A stretch of 64,000 nucleotides of DNA from Bacteroidales bacterium (GCA_023138875.1 JAGLOO010000049.1:688-64687), one strand, 5' to 3'. Counted from the first letter of the stretch, positions 38,435 to 48,263 are shown. Notes: generated by a model from the letters alone, not told the origin. Program-made: numbers and translations.

Positions 38435-39249
38435 TAAAAAACTATTCCAATCCCGAATACCAGATCCCCATAGTTTACATTAGTTATATACGTAAACCCC
38501 AGCGAAAGGTTCAATCTATTCATAACTACCCCGATAACACCGGCTTCCATTGCAAACTCATCCAAAAAATCTCCCTTTCCTCCTCCTGCATAACCATGCA
38601 GGCGAAACTTCTCTTTCGCAATCAGGAACTTGGTAATACCTGCCGTAACAGAACCTTCGAACAACTCCTTGTATTCATTGTAATTACCTAATCGTAAACT
38701 TCCATATAAGCCCCAATTCCCAATCGTCCCGACACTGAATCCATAGGGATTGTATACGCTTCCGTTATAAGCTATAAAAAGTTTCTGATGGAATGTTTCC
38801 GTTTGGCTGGTACTCCCGGTTTTTTTGCCAGGTCTAAAAGAACTGCTGGCTTCCTTTGTCTCTATCGGCACAACTCTTTGTCGTGGTTGATTCCGGGGTG
38901 AAGTAAACGGCGTAGATGCATCACTGATCAGTTTAATCCTCACAAAAAACTCCCCATTACCCACCTCCTCAATATCTTCAAACACATCCCATATCACAGT
39001 ATAAAAACTTTTGCCTCCCCTTATATTCTGACCCACATCTCCTATGACAGACTGTGGTTCAAATCGTTGACCGCCATCCATGGAGCAGGTAAGAACTACG
39101 TTATAAAGCTGTGATTCTGTTGATCCTCCGATCCGGTAACTGATCTTTATATTATCTCCATCAGGTTCAACCCTAATATTTTCAACAGTCTGTGAAAATG
39201 AAAGATAGCTTATTAGTACAGCCGGAAGAAGAAAGAAAAATCTTTTCAT
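38434..39249 (-). CDS. secreted protein: N-terminal beta-sandwich + C-terminal beta-barrel-like domain, coupled to the caspase gene
   Basis: Internal ATG 39249 gives the signal peptide MKRFFFLLPAVLISYLSFSQ (track ORF starts at 39366). The C-terminal ~110 aa are G/Y/F-rich alternating strands ending ...FGIGIVF. Its stop overlaps the caspase start (TAATG at 38432-38436). Confidence 0.55.
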   Translation of the reverse strand: MKRFFFLLPAVLISYLSFSQTVENIRVEPDGDNIKISYRIGGSTESQLYNVVLTCSMDGGQRFEPQSVIGDVGQNIRGGKSFYTVIWDVFEDIEEVGNGEFFVRIKLISDASTPFTSPRNQPRQRVVPIETKEASSSFRPGKKTGSTSQTETFHQKLFIAYNGSVYNPYGFSVGTIGNWGLYGSLRLGNYNEYKELFEGSVTAGITKFLIAKEKFRLHGYAGGGKGDFLDEFAMEAGVIGVVMNRLNLSLGFTYITNVNYGDLVFGIGIVF

Positions 39250-39418
39250 AGAATAAATAATTAGGTATTCTTCACACAATATTATGATAATTATGTTCAA
39301 GGTGCAAGTACCCAATAGAATCTGCGGGAGGACCCATCGGAATCCATATTCGGAATAATATTTCAAAACATTGATTAGATGTTTCCAAAGTCCTTTCTTT
39401 GTACTTCATTTTTAAAAC

Positions 39419-41254
39419 ATGAAAGAGGAAGGTAACAAACAATTATTTACAGAGTTCCCCGAAATATCCACCATGGAGTGGGAAGAGAAGATCATGGCCG
39501 ATCTGAAGGGGGCCGGGTACCAGAAAAAACTGGTCTGGAAGACCGATGAAGGCATTGATGTGAAGCCGTATTACAGGCGGAATGACATTGAATCCCTTGA
39601 TTATTTAAAAGATACCGGATCATTAAAAAAAGGTGGGGGCGCACCAAACCACTGGACCATCTGTCAGGATATTTTTCCTGAAAAAGACCTGAAGGAAGCC
39701 AATTCCCGGATAAAAACCGCCCTGATGGGAGGTGCACAGGCTGTCCGGATCCAGTTGAAAGACTCCCCGGCACCCGACATGGAAATGATTGAAACATTAT
39801 TGGAGGGTATCTCCCTGGACGAAACAGAGATCATATTTCAAGGCTCGCTACGTGCAGATGCATTGTATGATCTGCTCTGTAAACTGGCTGTAAGCAAAGG
39901 CATTGATCCATCTGACCTTAAAGGATCGCTGGGCGCTGATCCACTGGGAAAGATGGCTACATCGGGCATTCCCATCGCCAGCATGGAAAATATAGGCAAA
40001 CTGGTCAGGAATGTAAAGGAAAAATCTCCGGGAATAAAAGTCATTGATGTGAATGGTGCAATGATCCAGAATTCAGGATCTACACTGGTGGAAGAACTGG
40101 CATTTACCCTGGCCATGGCCAATGAATATATGGCTGTTCTCACTGCACAGGGGGTCGATCCGGAAGATGCCCTGGACTCCATGCAACTGAGTCTTGCTGC
40201 AGGAGCCAACTACTTCATGGAGGTTGCCAAACTGAGGGCTGCACGGATCCTCTGGAGAAAGATCAGTGAGGAATATGGCATTGATCCATCGAAGGGAAAG
40301 ATCCGGATCCATTCCACATCATCGGAATGGAACATGACACTCTATGATCCATATGTAAACATGCTCAGGGGAACCACCGAAGCCATGTCTTCCATCCTGG
40401 GTGGTTCTGACCTGGTAAGTGTTCTCCCATTCGATTATCCGTACGGAAAGAGCACCGCATTCTCTGACCGAATTGCAAGGAATGTCCAGATCATCCTTCG
40501 TGAAGAGGCCTATTTTGAGCGCGTTGCTGATCCGGCTTCGGGATCCTATTATATTGAAAGCTTAACCGATTCAATTGGAGAAAAGGCCTGGGACATGTTC
40601 CGTGAGGTTGAATCAATGGGTGGCTTCAGGAAGGCATTCGAATCCGGTTGGATCCAGGAACTGGTATTGAAATCGTGCAGGAAAAAACTAGACAGAGCAT
40701 CATCAGGCAAGGATCGCATCCTGGGCACCAACGCTTTTCCCGATTTCAATGAAATGATCCTTAAGAAAGTGAATGAAACCGGACAAAACGAGAAACACGA
40801 CGCTCCACTGATACCTCTCAGGCCATTTCGCCTTTCCTCTATGTTTGAAGAAGTCCGGCTCCAGACAGAGAAAAGCAGTAAAAGCCCTCGTGTGCTCCTT
40901 TTCAAACACGGAAATCCCGCGTGGATGACAGCCAGGGCTATGTTCTCTGGAAACTTCTTTGCCTGCGCCGGGTATGAAATTGTAGATCAAACTCCCTTTG
41001 AATCCATTGAAGCCGGAATTGAGGTTGCGAAGGAAACAGATGCAGACATCATCGTGCTGTGCAGTTCGGATGATGCTTATGCCGAAATGGCTCCAGCAGT
41101 CTATGAAGCGATGAAAGACAGATCCATTATTGTTGTCGCCGGCTACCCGGCCGATTCGGTCGAAGAACTTCAGAAAGCAGGTATCAAACACTTCATCCAT
41201 ATGAAGAGCAATCTACTGGAAACCCTGCAGGAATTTAATACGATGATACTTTAG
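39419..41254 (+). CDS. mutA: methylmalonyl-CoA mutase small (beta) subunit
   Basis: MCM-like TIM-barrel region without the full catalytic motifs, plus a C-terminal B12-domain-like Rossmann fold lacking DxHxxG. Lies directly upstream of the large subunit. Confidence 0.8.
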   Translation: MKEEGNKQLFTEFPEISTMEWEEKIMADLKGAGYQKKLVWKTDEGIDVKPYYRRNDIESLDYLKDTGSLKKGGGAPNHWTICQDIFPEKDLKEANSRIKTALMGGAQAVRIQLKDSPAPDMEMIETLLEGISLDETEIIFQGSLRADALYDLLCKLAVSKGIDPSDLKGSLGADPLGKMATSGIPIASMENIGKLVRNVKEKSPGIKVIDVNGAMIQNSGSTLVEELAFTLAMANEYMAVLTAQGVDPEDALDSMQLSLAAGANYFMEVAKLRAARILWRKISEEYGIDPSKGKIRIHSTSSEWNMTLYDPYVNMLRGTTEAMSSILGGSDLVSVLPFDYPYGKSTAFSDRIARNVQIILREEAYFERVADPASGSYYIESLTDSIGEKAWDMFREVESMGGFRKAFESGWIQELVLKSCRKKLDRASSGKDRILGTNAFPDFNEMILKKVNETGQNEKHDAPLIPLRPFRLSSMFEEVRLQTEKSSKSPRVLLFKHGNPAWMTARAMFSGNFFACAGYEIVDQTPFESIEAGIEVAKETDADIIVLCSSDDAYAEMAPAVYEAMKDRSIIVVAGYPADSVEELQKAGIKHFIHMKSNLLETLQEFNTMIL

Positions 41255-41257
41255 ATT

Positions 41258-43393
41258 ATGATACGGCCTGACTTTAGTAAAGTAAGTTTTCGCGATATAA
41301 AAATCACTCCTGAGACGAGCGAATCTTCGCCGCTCTGGGAAACTCCGGAACACATCAGCATCAAGCCTTCTTACAGCAGGGAGGAGCTTGAGAACCTGGA
41401 ACATCTGAATTATGCAGCCGGAATACCACCTTACCTCCGTGGGCCCTATTCGGCCATGTACGCCATGCGTCCCTGGACCATCAGGCAATATGCCGGGTTC
41501 TCAACCGCTGAAGAGTCCAACGCTTTTTACCGTCGCAACCTGGCTGCCGGTCAGAAAGGTCTTTCAGTGGCCTTTGACCTGGCTACCCACCGTGGATACG
41601 ATTCTGACCACGAAAGGGTTGTTGGAGATGTAGGGAAAGCCGGAGTGGCCATCGATTCCATCCTTGATATGAAGATCCTCTTCGACCAAATTCCCCTGAA
41701 TAAGATGTCGGTGTCGATGACCATGAATGGCGCTGTCCTACCCATCATGGCATTTTATATAGTGGCAGGGCTTGAACAGGGTGCTTCACTGGATGAATTA
41801 AGTGGCACCATCCAAAATGATATCCTGAAGGAGTTTATGGTGCGCAATACCTACATCTATCCTCCCACCATGTCCATGAAGATCATTGCGGACATTTTTG
41901 AATACACCTCCCGGAATTTGCCGAAGTTCAACAACATCAGTATTTCAGGTTACCATATGCAGGAGGCAGGGGCCACAGCTGATCTTGAGCTGGCTTACAC
42001 CCTGGCAGACGGACTGGAATATCTCCGCACCGGTGTACAAGCGGGGATTGACATTGATGCCTTTGCTCCGAGGCTATCTTTTTTCTGGGCCATCGGGATG
42101 AACCACTTCATGGAGATTGCCAAGATGCGTGCGGCCAGGATGCTCTGGGCAAAAATCGTAAAACAGTTCAATCCTAAAAATCCAAAGTCCATGGCTCTCA
42201 GGACCCACTCTCAGACTTCCGGCTGGAGTTTGACCGAACAGGATCCCTATAATAATGTGGCCAGGACATCCATTGAAGCCATGGCAGCTGCACTTGGTCA
42301 TACACAATCACTTCATACCAATGCGCTTGATGAGGCCATTGCACTTCCCACAGATTTTTCAGCGCGGATTGCAAGGAACACCCAGCTGCATATCCTGGAA
42401 GAAACTGAGATTTGCAGGTCACTGGATCCCTGGGCCGGATCCCATTACGTGGAAACACTTACCCACGAATTAGCTCACAGGGCCTGGGAACTCATTGAAG
42501 AGATTGAAGAGCTTGGAGGGATGGCCAGTGCTATCGACACAGGGCTCCCGAAAATGCGAATTGAAGAAGCAGCCGCCAGGAAGCAGGCCAGGATTGATAG
42601 CGGAAAAGATATCATCGTTGGTGTAAACCAATACCGTCTGGAAAAAGAGGATCCCATTGATATCCTCGAGGTTGACAATACAGCAGTCAGACAATCACAA
42701 CTTGACAGGCTCGGCAAGCTTAAAAAGGAGAGAGACCAGAAAAAGGTAAATGCATCCCTGGAATCCATAACCAACTGTGCCAGTGGCGGTGAAGGCAATC
42801 TTCTTGAATTATCTATTGAAGCAGCACAAAACCGGGCCACACTGGGAGAGATCTCCTCAGCCATAGAAAAAGTTTCGGGAAGATACAAAGCGGTGATCCG
42901 GTCAATTTCCGGAGTTTATTCATCAGAATCGGGACAGGATCAGTCATTTGCTGAAGCCTGTGCCATGGCCCGGGAGTTTGCTTTAAAGGAGGGCCGCCAA
43001 CCACGGATCATGATTGCGAAAATGGGTCAGGACGGACATGACCGTGGGGCCAAGGTGGTCAGTACGGGATACGCTGACATCGGATTTGATGTCGATATTG
43101 GCCCCCTGTTCCAGACTCCTGCTGAGGCAGCCAAGCAGGCCGTGGAAAATGACGTCCACCTGCTGGGTGTTTCTTCCCTGGCCGGAGGTCATAAAACCCT
43201 GGTCCCGCAGGTTATCGAAGAGTTGAAAAAACTTGGCAGGGAAGATATCATGGTCATCTCCGGAGGAGTTATACCGGCACAGGATTATGAATTCCTTTAC
43301 AATGCGGGTGTCATTGCAATTTTCGGTCCAGGTACAAAAATCACAGAAGCCGGTAAAAAAATCCTTAAAGTTCTTCTTGAAACTTACGGATAG
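41258..43393 (+). CDS. mutB: methylmalonyl-CoA mutase large (alpha) subunit
   Basis: [30 protein letters not shown] and cobalamin-binding [11 protein letters not shown] motifs. 711 aa. Confidence 0.95.
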   Translation: MIRPDFSKVSFRDIKITPETSESSPLWETPEHISIKPSYSREELENLEHLNYAAGIPPYLRGPYSAMYAMRPWTIRQYAGFSTAEESNAFYRRNLAAGQKGLSVAFDLATHRGYDSDHERVVGDVGKAGVAIDSILDMKILFDQIPLNKMSVSMTMNGAVLPIMAFYIVAGLEQGASLDELSGTIQNDILKEFMVRNTYIYPPTMSMKIIADIFEYTSRNLPKFNNISISGYHMQEAGATADLELAYTLADGLEYLRTGVQAGIDIDAFAPRLSFFWAIGMNHFMEIAKMRAARMLWAKIVKQFNPKNPKSMALRTHSQTSGWSLTEQDPYNNVARTSIEAMAAALGHTQSLHTNALDEAIALPTDFSARIARNTQLHILEETEICRSLDPWAGSHYVETLTHELAHRAWELIEEIEELGGMASAIDTGLPKMRIEEAAARKQARIDSGKDIIVGVNQYRLEKEDPIDILEVDNTAVRQSQLDRLGKLKKERDQKKVNASLESITNCASGGEGNLLELSIEAAQNRATLGEISSAIEKVSGRYKAVIRSISGVYSSESGQDQSFAEACAMAREFALKEGRQPRIMIAKMGQDGHDRGAKVVSTGYADIGFDVDIGPLFQTPAEAAKQAVENDVHLLGVSSLAGGHKTLVPQVIEELKKLGREDIMVISGGVIPAQDYEFLYNAGVIAIFGPGTKITEAGKKILKVLLETYG

Positions 43394-44166
43394 AACTTCC
43401 TCTCTTTTAACGGATCATGAAAGAAGATTAGTTCAGAAGGTTTTTCTATGGCATTGAGGAAATCCAGCTTTTCTCCTATAGCAAGCTCCGGATCCAGGTC
43501 ATAGCCGCTGTTCACATCAGGTTCCATGAATAGTTCCATGGGCATCAGGTCGGTCACAAAATAGGTATCCATCTCCGAAGACAAGATCTTTGGCACGACC
43601 ATTCCCCTGGTATGCCCGTTGTATACCTGAAATTCCATCCACCCGTGTTCCCAGTTCTCCAGCCAGTGGATCTTATCAACATACCTGAAAAAGGTGGTAA
43701 AAAATGAATTGGATTCTTTTGAATCCGGCCTGGAGGCATATTCAAAATGCTCTTTCAAAACATGGTATTTTGCTTCCGTGAACCTTTTCCGGATCTTTCC
43801 TGGCACACGGCTAAAAGCCCCGCTGCCATGATCAAAATGCAAGTGTGTGAAAACTACATCTGTGACCTGTTGCGGATTGAACCCTGCATTCCCCAGAACT
43901 TCTTCAAGAGTTTCCGGAATTTCAAGTCCATATGCCCCCTCCAACCGTGAAGGAAGAAAATCCGCACAACCCGGATCAATGATTACAACCTGTTCCCCTT
44001 CTGCGATTAAAAGCGCATTCATTGCAATCTTTAAATATCCTTCCTTATCGAGGTTGTAGCAGGCACTGATCTTATCGGATGGAAAGTGGTTAAACATCTC
44101 CTCCGCACTGACTTTCAGAAATCCACAATGAAGTATCTGTACCCGAATCATACTCAAATTTATCAA
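43384..44166 (-). CDS. MBL-fold metallo-hydrolase
   Basis: [10 protein letters not shown] (HxHxDH) motif. The start is uncertain (alternative MIRVQ... 15 nt downstream). The 3' end overlaps the mutB stop by 10 nt. Confidence 0.7.
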   Translation of the reverse strand: MINLSMIRVQILHCGFLKVSAEEMFNHFPSDKISACYNLDKEGYLKIAMNALLIAEGEQVVIIDPGCADFLPSRLEGAYGLEIPETLEEVLGNAGFNPQQVTDVVFTHLHFDHGSGAFSRVPGKIRKRFTEAKYHVLKEHFEYASRPDSKESNSFFTTFFRYVDKIHWLENWEHGWMEFQVYNGHTRGMVVPKILSSEMDTYFVTDLMPMELFMEPDVNSGYDLDPELAIGEKLDFLNAIEKPSELIFFHDPLKERKFYP

Positions 44167-44287
44167 ACAAACCGGTAAACACTTATTACAAATGGTTAAT
44201 AAATTCCAAAAAAACCGATCAAATTCACCTGAATAATCCCTTATTTTTATAATCGAACCCTATTCGTTGAATCCAGAACCCAACAAA

Positions 44288-45649
44288 ATGGACATTCATT
44301 TTATCGCGATCGGAGGAGCTGTGATGCACAATCTGGCCATTGCGCTTCACAAAAAAGGATACAGGATAAGTGGATCTGATGATGAGATCTTTGAACCTTC
44401 CTGTTCAAGACTTGATGCACATGGAATTCTTCCGGAAAAACAAGGATGGGATCCGGACCGGATTCATGCCGGACTTGATGCTGTGATTCTCGGTATGCAT
44501 GCCCGGAAAACCAATCCGGAACTAAAAAGAGCCCAGGAACTTGGTATTCGGATCTACTCCTTCCCCGAATATCTCTATGAACAGAGTAAAAATAAAAAAA
44601 GAGTGGTGATCGGCGGAAGCCATGGAAAAACCACCATTACTGCCATGGTCATGCATGTACTGCGCGATCAGAATAAGGATTTCGATTATATGGTTGGATC
44701 GCAGATCGAAGGATTCGACACACAGGTTAAACTTACCAAGGAAGCCCCCTACATCATTCTTGAAGGGGATGAATACCTCTCCTCTCCCATTGATCCCAGA
44801 CCGAAATTCCATCTTTATAATCCGCATATGGTACTCCTGTCAGGTATAGCATGGGACCATATGAATGTATTCCGTTCGTTTGAGAGTTATAAAAAGCAGT
44901 TCAGAAATTTTCTGAAAATTGCCACAGGCGGAGGGAAGGTATTTTATTACGATGGTGATCCGGTCCTGGGTGATGTGGTTGATAAAAGCCACTGGTCGTT
45001 GATGAAAATTCCATACAACGAACATCCACACAGTATAGAATCCGGACGATTTGTGCTAAAAACAAAATATGGCTCAGTACCCATAACAGTGATTGGCCGC
45101 CACAATATGCAAAACATCCAGGGTGCTTTGCTTATCTGCAGGGATCTGGGGATAAATGATCAACATTTCTACGATTCCATTCAGACATTTAAAGGAGCCG
45201 CACGGAGACAACAACTTCTGGCCAACGGAAATAACCGGGCTGTTTATCTTGATTTCGCACATGCCCCGTCCAAAGTAAAGGCAACGGTGAATGCGTTCAA
45301 GGAGACATACCGCGACCAGAAACTGGTCACCTGCCTGGAATTACACACAGACAGCAGCCTGAACATGGAATATATTCCCCAGTATAAGGGCACCCTTGAC
45401 GAAGCTGATCAGGCCATGGTATACTACAATCCTGCCATAGTAAAACGCAAACGACTTCCGCCCCTATCCCCTGATGAAATCAAAGAACAATTCGGGAAAG
45501 AAGATCTGGTCGTATACAATGACTCCAGTCAGCTTGAGAATGATTTAAGATCCCTGGATGATAATGCCTGTGTACTGTTGATCATGACTTCCGGAAACTT
45601 TTCAGGAATAGATCTCAACAACCTGGCACAGGAAGTGGTCGGCGGATGA
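44288..45649 (+). CDS. mpl: UDP-N-acetylmuramate:L-alanyl-gamma-D-glutamyl-meso-diaminopimelate ligase (Mpl-type Mur ligase)
   Basis: ATG at 44288 (the track start 44267 is a TTG). HFIAIGGAVMHNLAIAL N-domain, P-loop GGSHGKTT and Mur ligase middle and C domains. Confidence 0.75.
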   Translation: MDIHFIAIGGAVMHNLAIALHKKGYRISGSDDEIFEPSCSRLDAHGILPEKQGWDPDRIHAGLDAVILGMHARKTNPELKRAQELGIRIYSFPEYLYEQSKNKKRVVIGGSHGKTTITAMVMHVLRDQNKDFDYMVGSQIEGFDTQVKLTKEAPYIILEGDEYLSSPIDPRPKFHLYNPHMVLLSGIAWDHMNVFRSFESYKKQFRNFLKIATGGGKVFYYDGDPVLGDVVDKSHWSLMKIPYNEHPHSIESGRFVLKTKYGSVPITVIGRHNMQNIQGALLICRDLGINDQHFYDSIQTFKGAARRQQLLANGNNRAVYLDFAHAPSKVKATVNAFKETYRDQKLVTCLELHTDSSLNMEYIPQYKGTLDEADQAMVYYNPAIVKRKRLPPLSPDEIKEQFGKEDLVVYNDSSQLENDLRSLDDNACVLLIMTSGNFSGIDLNNLAQEVVGG

Positions 45650-45666
45650 TTTTTTTCGCAAATTAA

Positions 45667-45697
45667 TTTGTAAAAAAGAATTTTGGTTCTATTTTTG
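45667..45697 (+). promoter_or_regulatory. Bacteroidota-type promoter for tRNA-Glu
   Basis: TTTG (45667-45670), 19-nt spacer, TATTTTTG (45690-45697). This matches the -33 TTTG / -7 TAnnTTTG consensus and lies ~38 nt upstream of the tRNA 5' end. Confidence 0.4.
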
Positions 45698-45734
45698 CAC
45701 TCCGATTAATATTTAGTCGGGTTCTAAACAATAT

Positions 45735-45806
45735 GGTCCGTTCGTCTAGGGGTTAGGACGCCAGGTTTTCATCCTGGTAACAGGGGTTCGATTCCCCTAC
45801 GGACTA
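45735..45806 (+). tRNA. tRNA-Glu (anticodon TTC)
   Basis: Hand-folded cloverleaf: acceptor GGTCCGT/ACGGACT, D stem GTCT/GGAC, anticodon stem CCAGG/CCTGG with loop TTTTCAT, T arm AGGGG-TTCGATT-CCCCT and discriminator A. 72 nt; CCA is not encoded. Confidence 0.9.
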
Positions 45807-45809
45807 CAA
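45792..45809 (+). repeat. attL-like core (tRNA-Glu 3' end)
   Basis: TTCCCCTACGGACTACAA, identical to 48506-48523. Confidence 0.8.
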
Positions 45810-45840
45810 AATAGCCTTCAGATAAATTCGGCAAAATTCT

Positions 45841-45870
45841 AAAGCCCTCATAACGAGGGCTTTTTCTTTT
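45841..45870 (+). terminator. intrinsic terminator downstream of tRNA-Glu (element-borne)
   Basis: AAAGCCCTC (45841-49) - ATAAC - GAGGGCTTT (45855-63) followed by TTCTTTT. Confidence 0.7.
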
Positions 45871-45907
45871 ATACCTCTTGACTTCTCTTCATATTTTTTG
45901 TATTATT

Positions 45908-45949
45908 GTTTCACCATAGTTTCACCAAGTCAAATTTCATGTTTCACCA
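45908..45949 (+). repeat. three direct GTTTCACCA repeats (candidate integrase arm-type sites)
   Basis: GTTTCACCA at 45908, 45919 and 45941, immediately upstream of the integrase fragment. The related GTTTCACT occurs twice at 48429 and 48440 near attR. Confidence 0.45.
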
Positions 45950-46090
45950 ATGGAGGAATCTTTCTCATTCAAGTATTACCTGAAAAGAGTCAACTCTAAA
46001 GGAAACAGGCTTAAGATCTACGGAAGGCTGATCGTCAACCGGAAGAAAGCAGAGCTATATGCCGGTTTCCAGGTCCCTTGCAAATCCTAA
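45950..46090 (+). pseudogene. tyrosine integrase, N-terminal (arm-binding) fragment truncated by IS insertion
   Basis: MEESFSFKYYLKRVNSKGNRLKIYGRLIVNRKKAELYAGFQVP resembles the N-terminus of Bacteroidota phage-type integrases. The reading frame runs into the IS end at 46079 and stops at 46088-90. Confidence 0.6.
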
Positions 46091-47600
46091 GGTAAAATTG
46101 GAATTTGGTGTTGCAATATTGCAACATGATGGGCGCACGGTCCTATGTGCTATTCAGGTATAGATTTTATACTATAGGTCTATCAACTGATGGACCGCAA
46201 TTGCAAATTCATTATATGATTTCACGATTTCTTCTGATCGTCCCCGGATTTAACATATTTCACAGGTTTCTTTCATATTTTGTTGTACTCTTAGCTGCCT
46301 GGCTTCCTGGATTTGCTGTTGCCATTGCTCTGTAGGCAAAGGGATTCCGGTCAAAACTTCATACGGGGTCAAACCTTTCAGGGAGTGATGGGGTCGTTCA
46401 TACTGATAATCAGGAATGATCCAGTCCAGTAGGTTTCTTAGTTCGTGAATATCCTTAAAGTCGTGTTTGAAGAGATACCGATACTTGATGATCTTATTTT
46501 GGGCTTCAACCATTGAGTTTGAGAAACGGATGTCTTTTCCGGCAATGAGTTTTTGAACACTAACCTCTTCGGAACTGATGTAGTTGTCTACGGTGTAGTT
46601 ATTGTTTTCAACACCACCATCAACGATGAGTCTGACATCTTCTCCTGAATCTTTGATGTACTGGTCATAGGCTTGCCTGATACTTTGCATTCGGATTACA
46701 GCTGAAACCTTCTCAGATACCTGGTAATTAAGGATGAAGCGGGAGAAGTTATCCATCAGCAGATAGACATAATACTTCATTCCATTAAGACATTTGACAA
46801 CTGTTATATCGGCATGCCAAACCTGGTGGGGTCGGTTGGCCCTGATCCCGGTTTCATACTTTGGTTTCTTTGGCGCCCGTGGCCGATCCCATCCCAATTT
46901 TTTGATGTAGTTGTACCACGTGGCTAATGAAACGTTTACAATATTATTCCTCAGCGCATAGTAGGCGATTGAATTGACTGGCCAGTAGCGGAATTGTTGA
47001 CTGGATAACAATTTTTTCATCCGGTTCGCCTCATCTTTTGTAAGCTGGTTAGAATAGAATCTTCTGCACAGTTGAATGGGGGAGGATGGGCATTTCTTGA
47101 GTACCTGGTTTCTCCAGTGGTAAAAAACTGAAGAAGAGATATTACATAGCCTCAGAACGAGTTTAAGGTTGATGTTCTTCCTGTATCTAAGGATAGAATG
47201 GACAAACTTCTCTTTGTTTTCGCTTAGGGTTTTCTGAAATTGAGAAGATCTTCTGAGTATTACTGAGAATGTTGCTGCAAATTTGAGATAGGCTCTGATC
47301 ACTGTTGCAGATTCTCTTCTTTCCAGAAAATGTTCAAGAAGATCGATTTTGGAGAGCTCAGCTCCGAAATATTTATCATCTTCTTCCTTCCTCCACCTCC
47401 AGATGGTGGACCTGTCAATACTTGAAGCATATTTCTTTGGAAGATTGTTTCGTTTGGCCAGCTGTTTGATGCTGGTATGATAGGAATTGTATTTTTTCAA
47501 TTTCGCGCGGTCTTTATTATATATCCCGATTGGTGGAATATGTAGCCGGTCAAAATCGAAGTTTTTGACGAAATGAGCTGGTCGCAAATTGCGACTACAT
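46079..47600 (-). mobile_element. insertion sequence with rve-type DDE transposase (family unassigned; right boundary uncertain)
   Basis: The left end TGCAAATCCTAAGGTAAAATTGGAATTTGG(T/C)GTTGCAA(T/A)ATTGCAACA is repeated at 49681-49730. Subterminal palindromes GTTGCAATATTGCAAC (46110-46125) and GTCGCAAATTGCGAC (47581-47595). Confidence 0.6.
46250..47587 (-). CDS. DDE (rve/integrase-core) transposase
   Basis: 445 aa with an N-terminal HTH-like region. Candidate catalytic triad D260 (WHADIT), D323 (IVDGG) and E361 (MVEAQNK). Only a TTG start is available, because a stop lies 4 codons upstream. Confidence 0.8.
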   Translation of the reverse strand: MRPAHFVKNFDFDRLHIPPIGIYNKDRAKLKKYNSYHTSIKQLAKRNNLPKKYASSIDRSTIWRWRKEEDDKYFGAELSKIDLLEHFLERRESATVIRAYLKFAATFSVILRRSSQFQKTLSENKEKFVHSILRYRKNINLKLVLRLCNISSSVFYHWRNQVLKKCPSSPIQLCRRFYSNQLTKDEANRMKKLLSSQQFRYWPVNSIAYYALRNNIVNVSLATWYNYIKKLGWDRPRAPKKPKYETGIRANRPHQVWHADITVVKCLNGMKYYVYLLMDNFSRFILNYQVSEKVSAVIRMQSIRQAYDQYIKDSGEDVRLIVDGGVENNNYTVDNYISSEEVSVQKLIAGKDIRFSNSMVEAQNKIIKYRYLFKHDFKDIHELRNLLDWIIPDYQYERPHHSLKGLTPYEVLTGIPLPTEQWQQQIQEARQLRVQQNMKETCEIC

Positions 47601-47733
47601 TATCTTTCTTGTTTCGTTAACTGGAACATAAAATGGTTTGGAAAGGCTTCATTTTCAGGGAAGGTTACAGTAGGTCCAAGTACTTCTCTGAGTAGATTGG
47701 ACTTCGGACATAATTTGTTAACTTTGGAATGAT

Positions 47734-47904
47734 ATGGTTACTACCCTTAAATATGGATCGAATAAGGACAGCATAAACAAAATGTTGGACCGTTTATCTA
47801 TTAAGTCCAGAAGGGGTGTAGATACTAAAAAATATTCTGGAATCATCAAGCTTAAAAAGGATCCCCTGCAGATTCAAAAAGATTTGAGGAATGAGTGGAA
47901 ATAA
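47734..47904 (+). CDS. putative antitoxin of the PIN toxin (56 aa, below the ORF-track cutoff)
   Basis: ATG 47734 ... TAA 47902-04 encodes MVTTLKYGSNKDSINKMLDRLSIKSRRGVDTKKYSGIIKLKKDPLQIQKDLRNEWK. It overlaps the PIN gene start by 14 nt, the typical type II TA layout. Confidence 0.55.
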   Translation: MVTTLKYGSNKDSINKMLDRLSIKSRRGVDTKKYSGIIKLKKDPLQIQKDLRNEWK

Positions 47905-48262
47905 GCTTTTCCTCGACACAAATATCCTTTTATACCTATTGCAAGGTGATGGTACACTAACCGAAGTGCTTGATGGCAAGCAGTTTTACATTTCGTTTAT
48001 CACTGAGCTTGAATTACTTTCCTATTCTGGATTAACATCTAACGATCTTAAGGTAGTGCATGAATTACTTAGAGAATGTGTTGTAATCGATATAAATGCA
48101 GAAATCAAGCAACTTGCTGTCAGATTTAGGAAGCAGTATAAGGTTAAGTTACCAGATACTATTATTGCTGCAACGTCCTTATACCTGAATATTCCATTGA
48201 TCACAGCAGACTCCGATTTCAAAAAACTGAAGGAACTCGAACTTGTTTTTTATGAAAGATAG
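47891..48262 (+). CDS. vapC: PIN-domain toxin (VapC-like)
   Basis: 123 aa with PIN acidic residues in LFLDTNILLY, ITELELLS and LITADSDF. Confidence 0.8.
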   Translation: MSGNKLFLDTNILLYLLQGDGTLTEVLDGKQFYISFITELELLSYSGLTSNDLKVVHELLRECVVIDINAEIKQLAVRFRKQYKVKLPDTIIAATSLYLNIPLITADSDFKKLKELELVFYER

Positions 48263-48263
48263 T

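Noticed and set aside
46105-46335. Track ORFs 46105..46335 (+) inside the IS and 48543..48782 (+) after attR.
   Set aside because: The first overlaps the IS end and the transposase 3' end. The second runs through the terminator hairpin. Both have hydrophobic low-complexity translations, no motifs and TTG/GTG-type starts.
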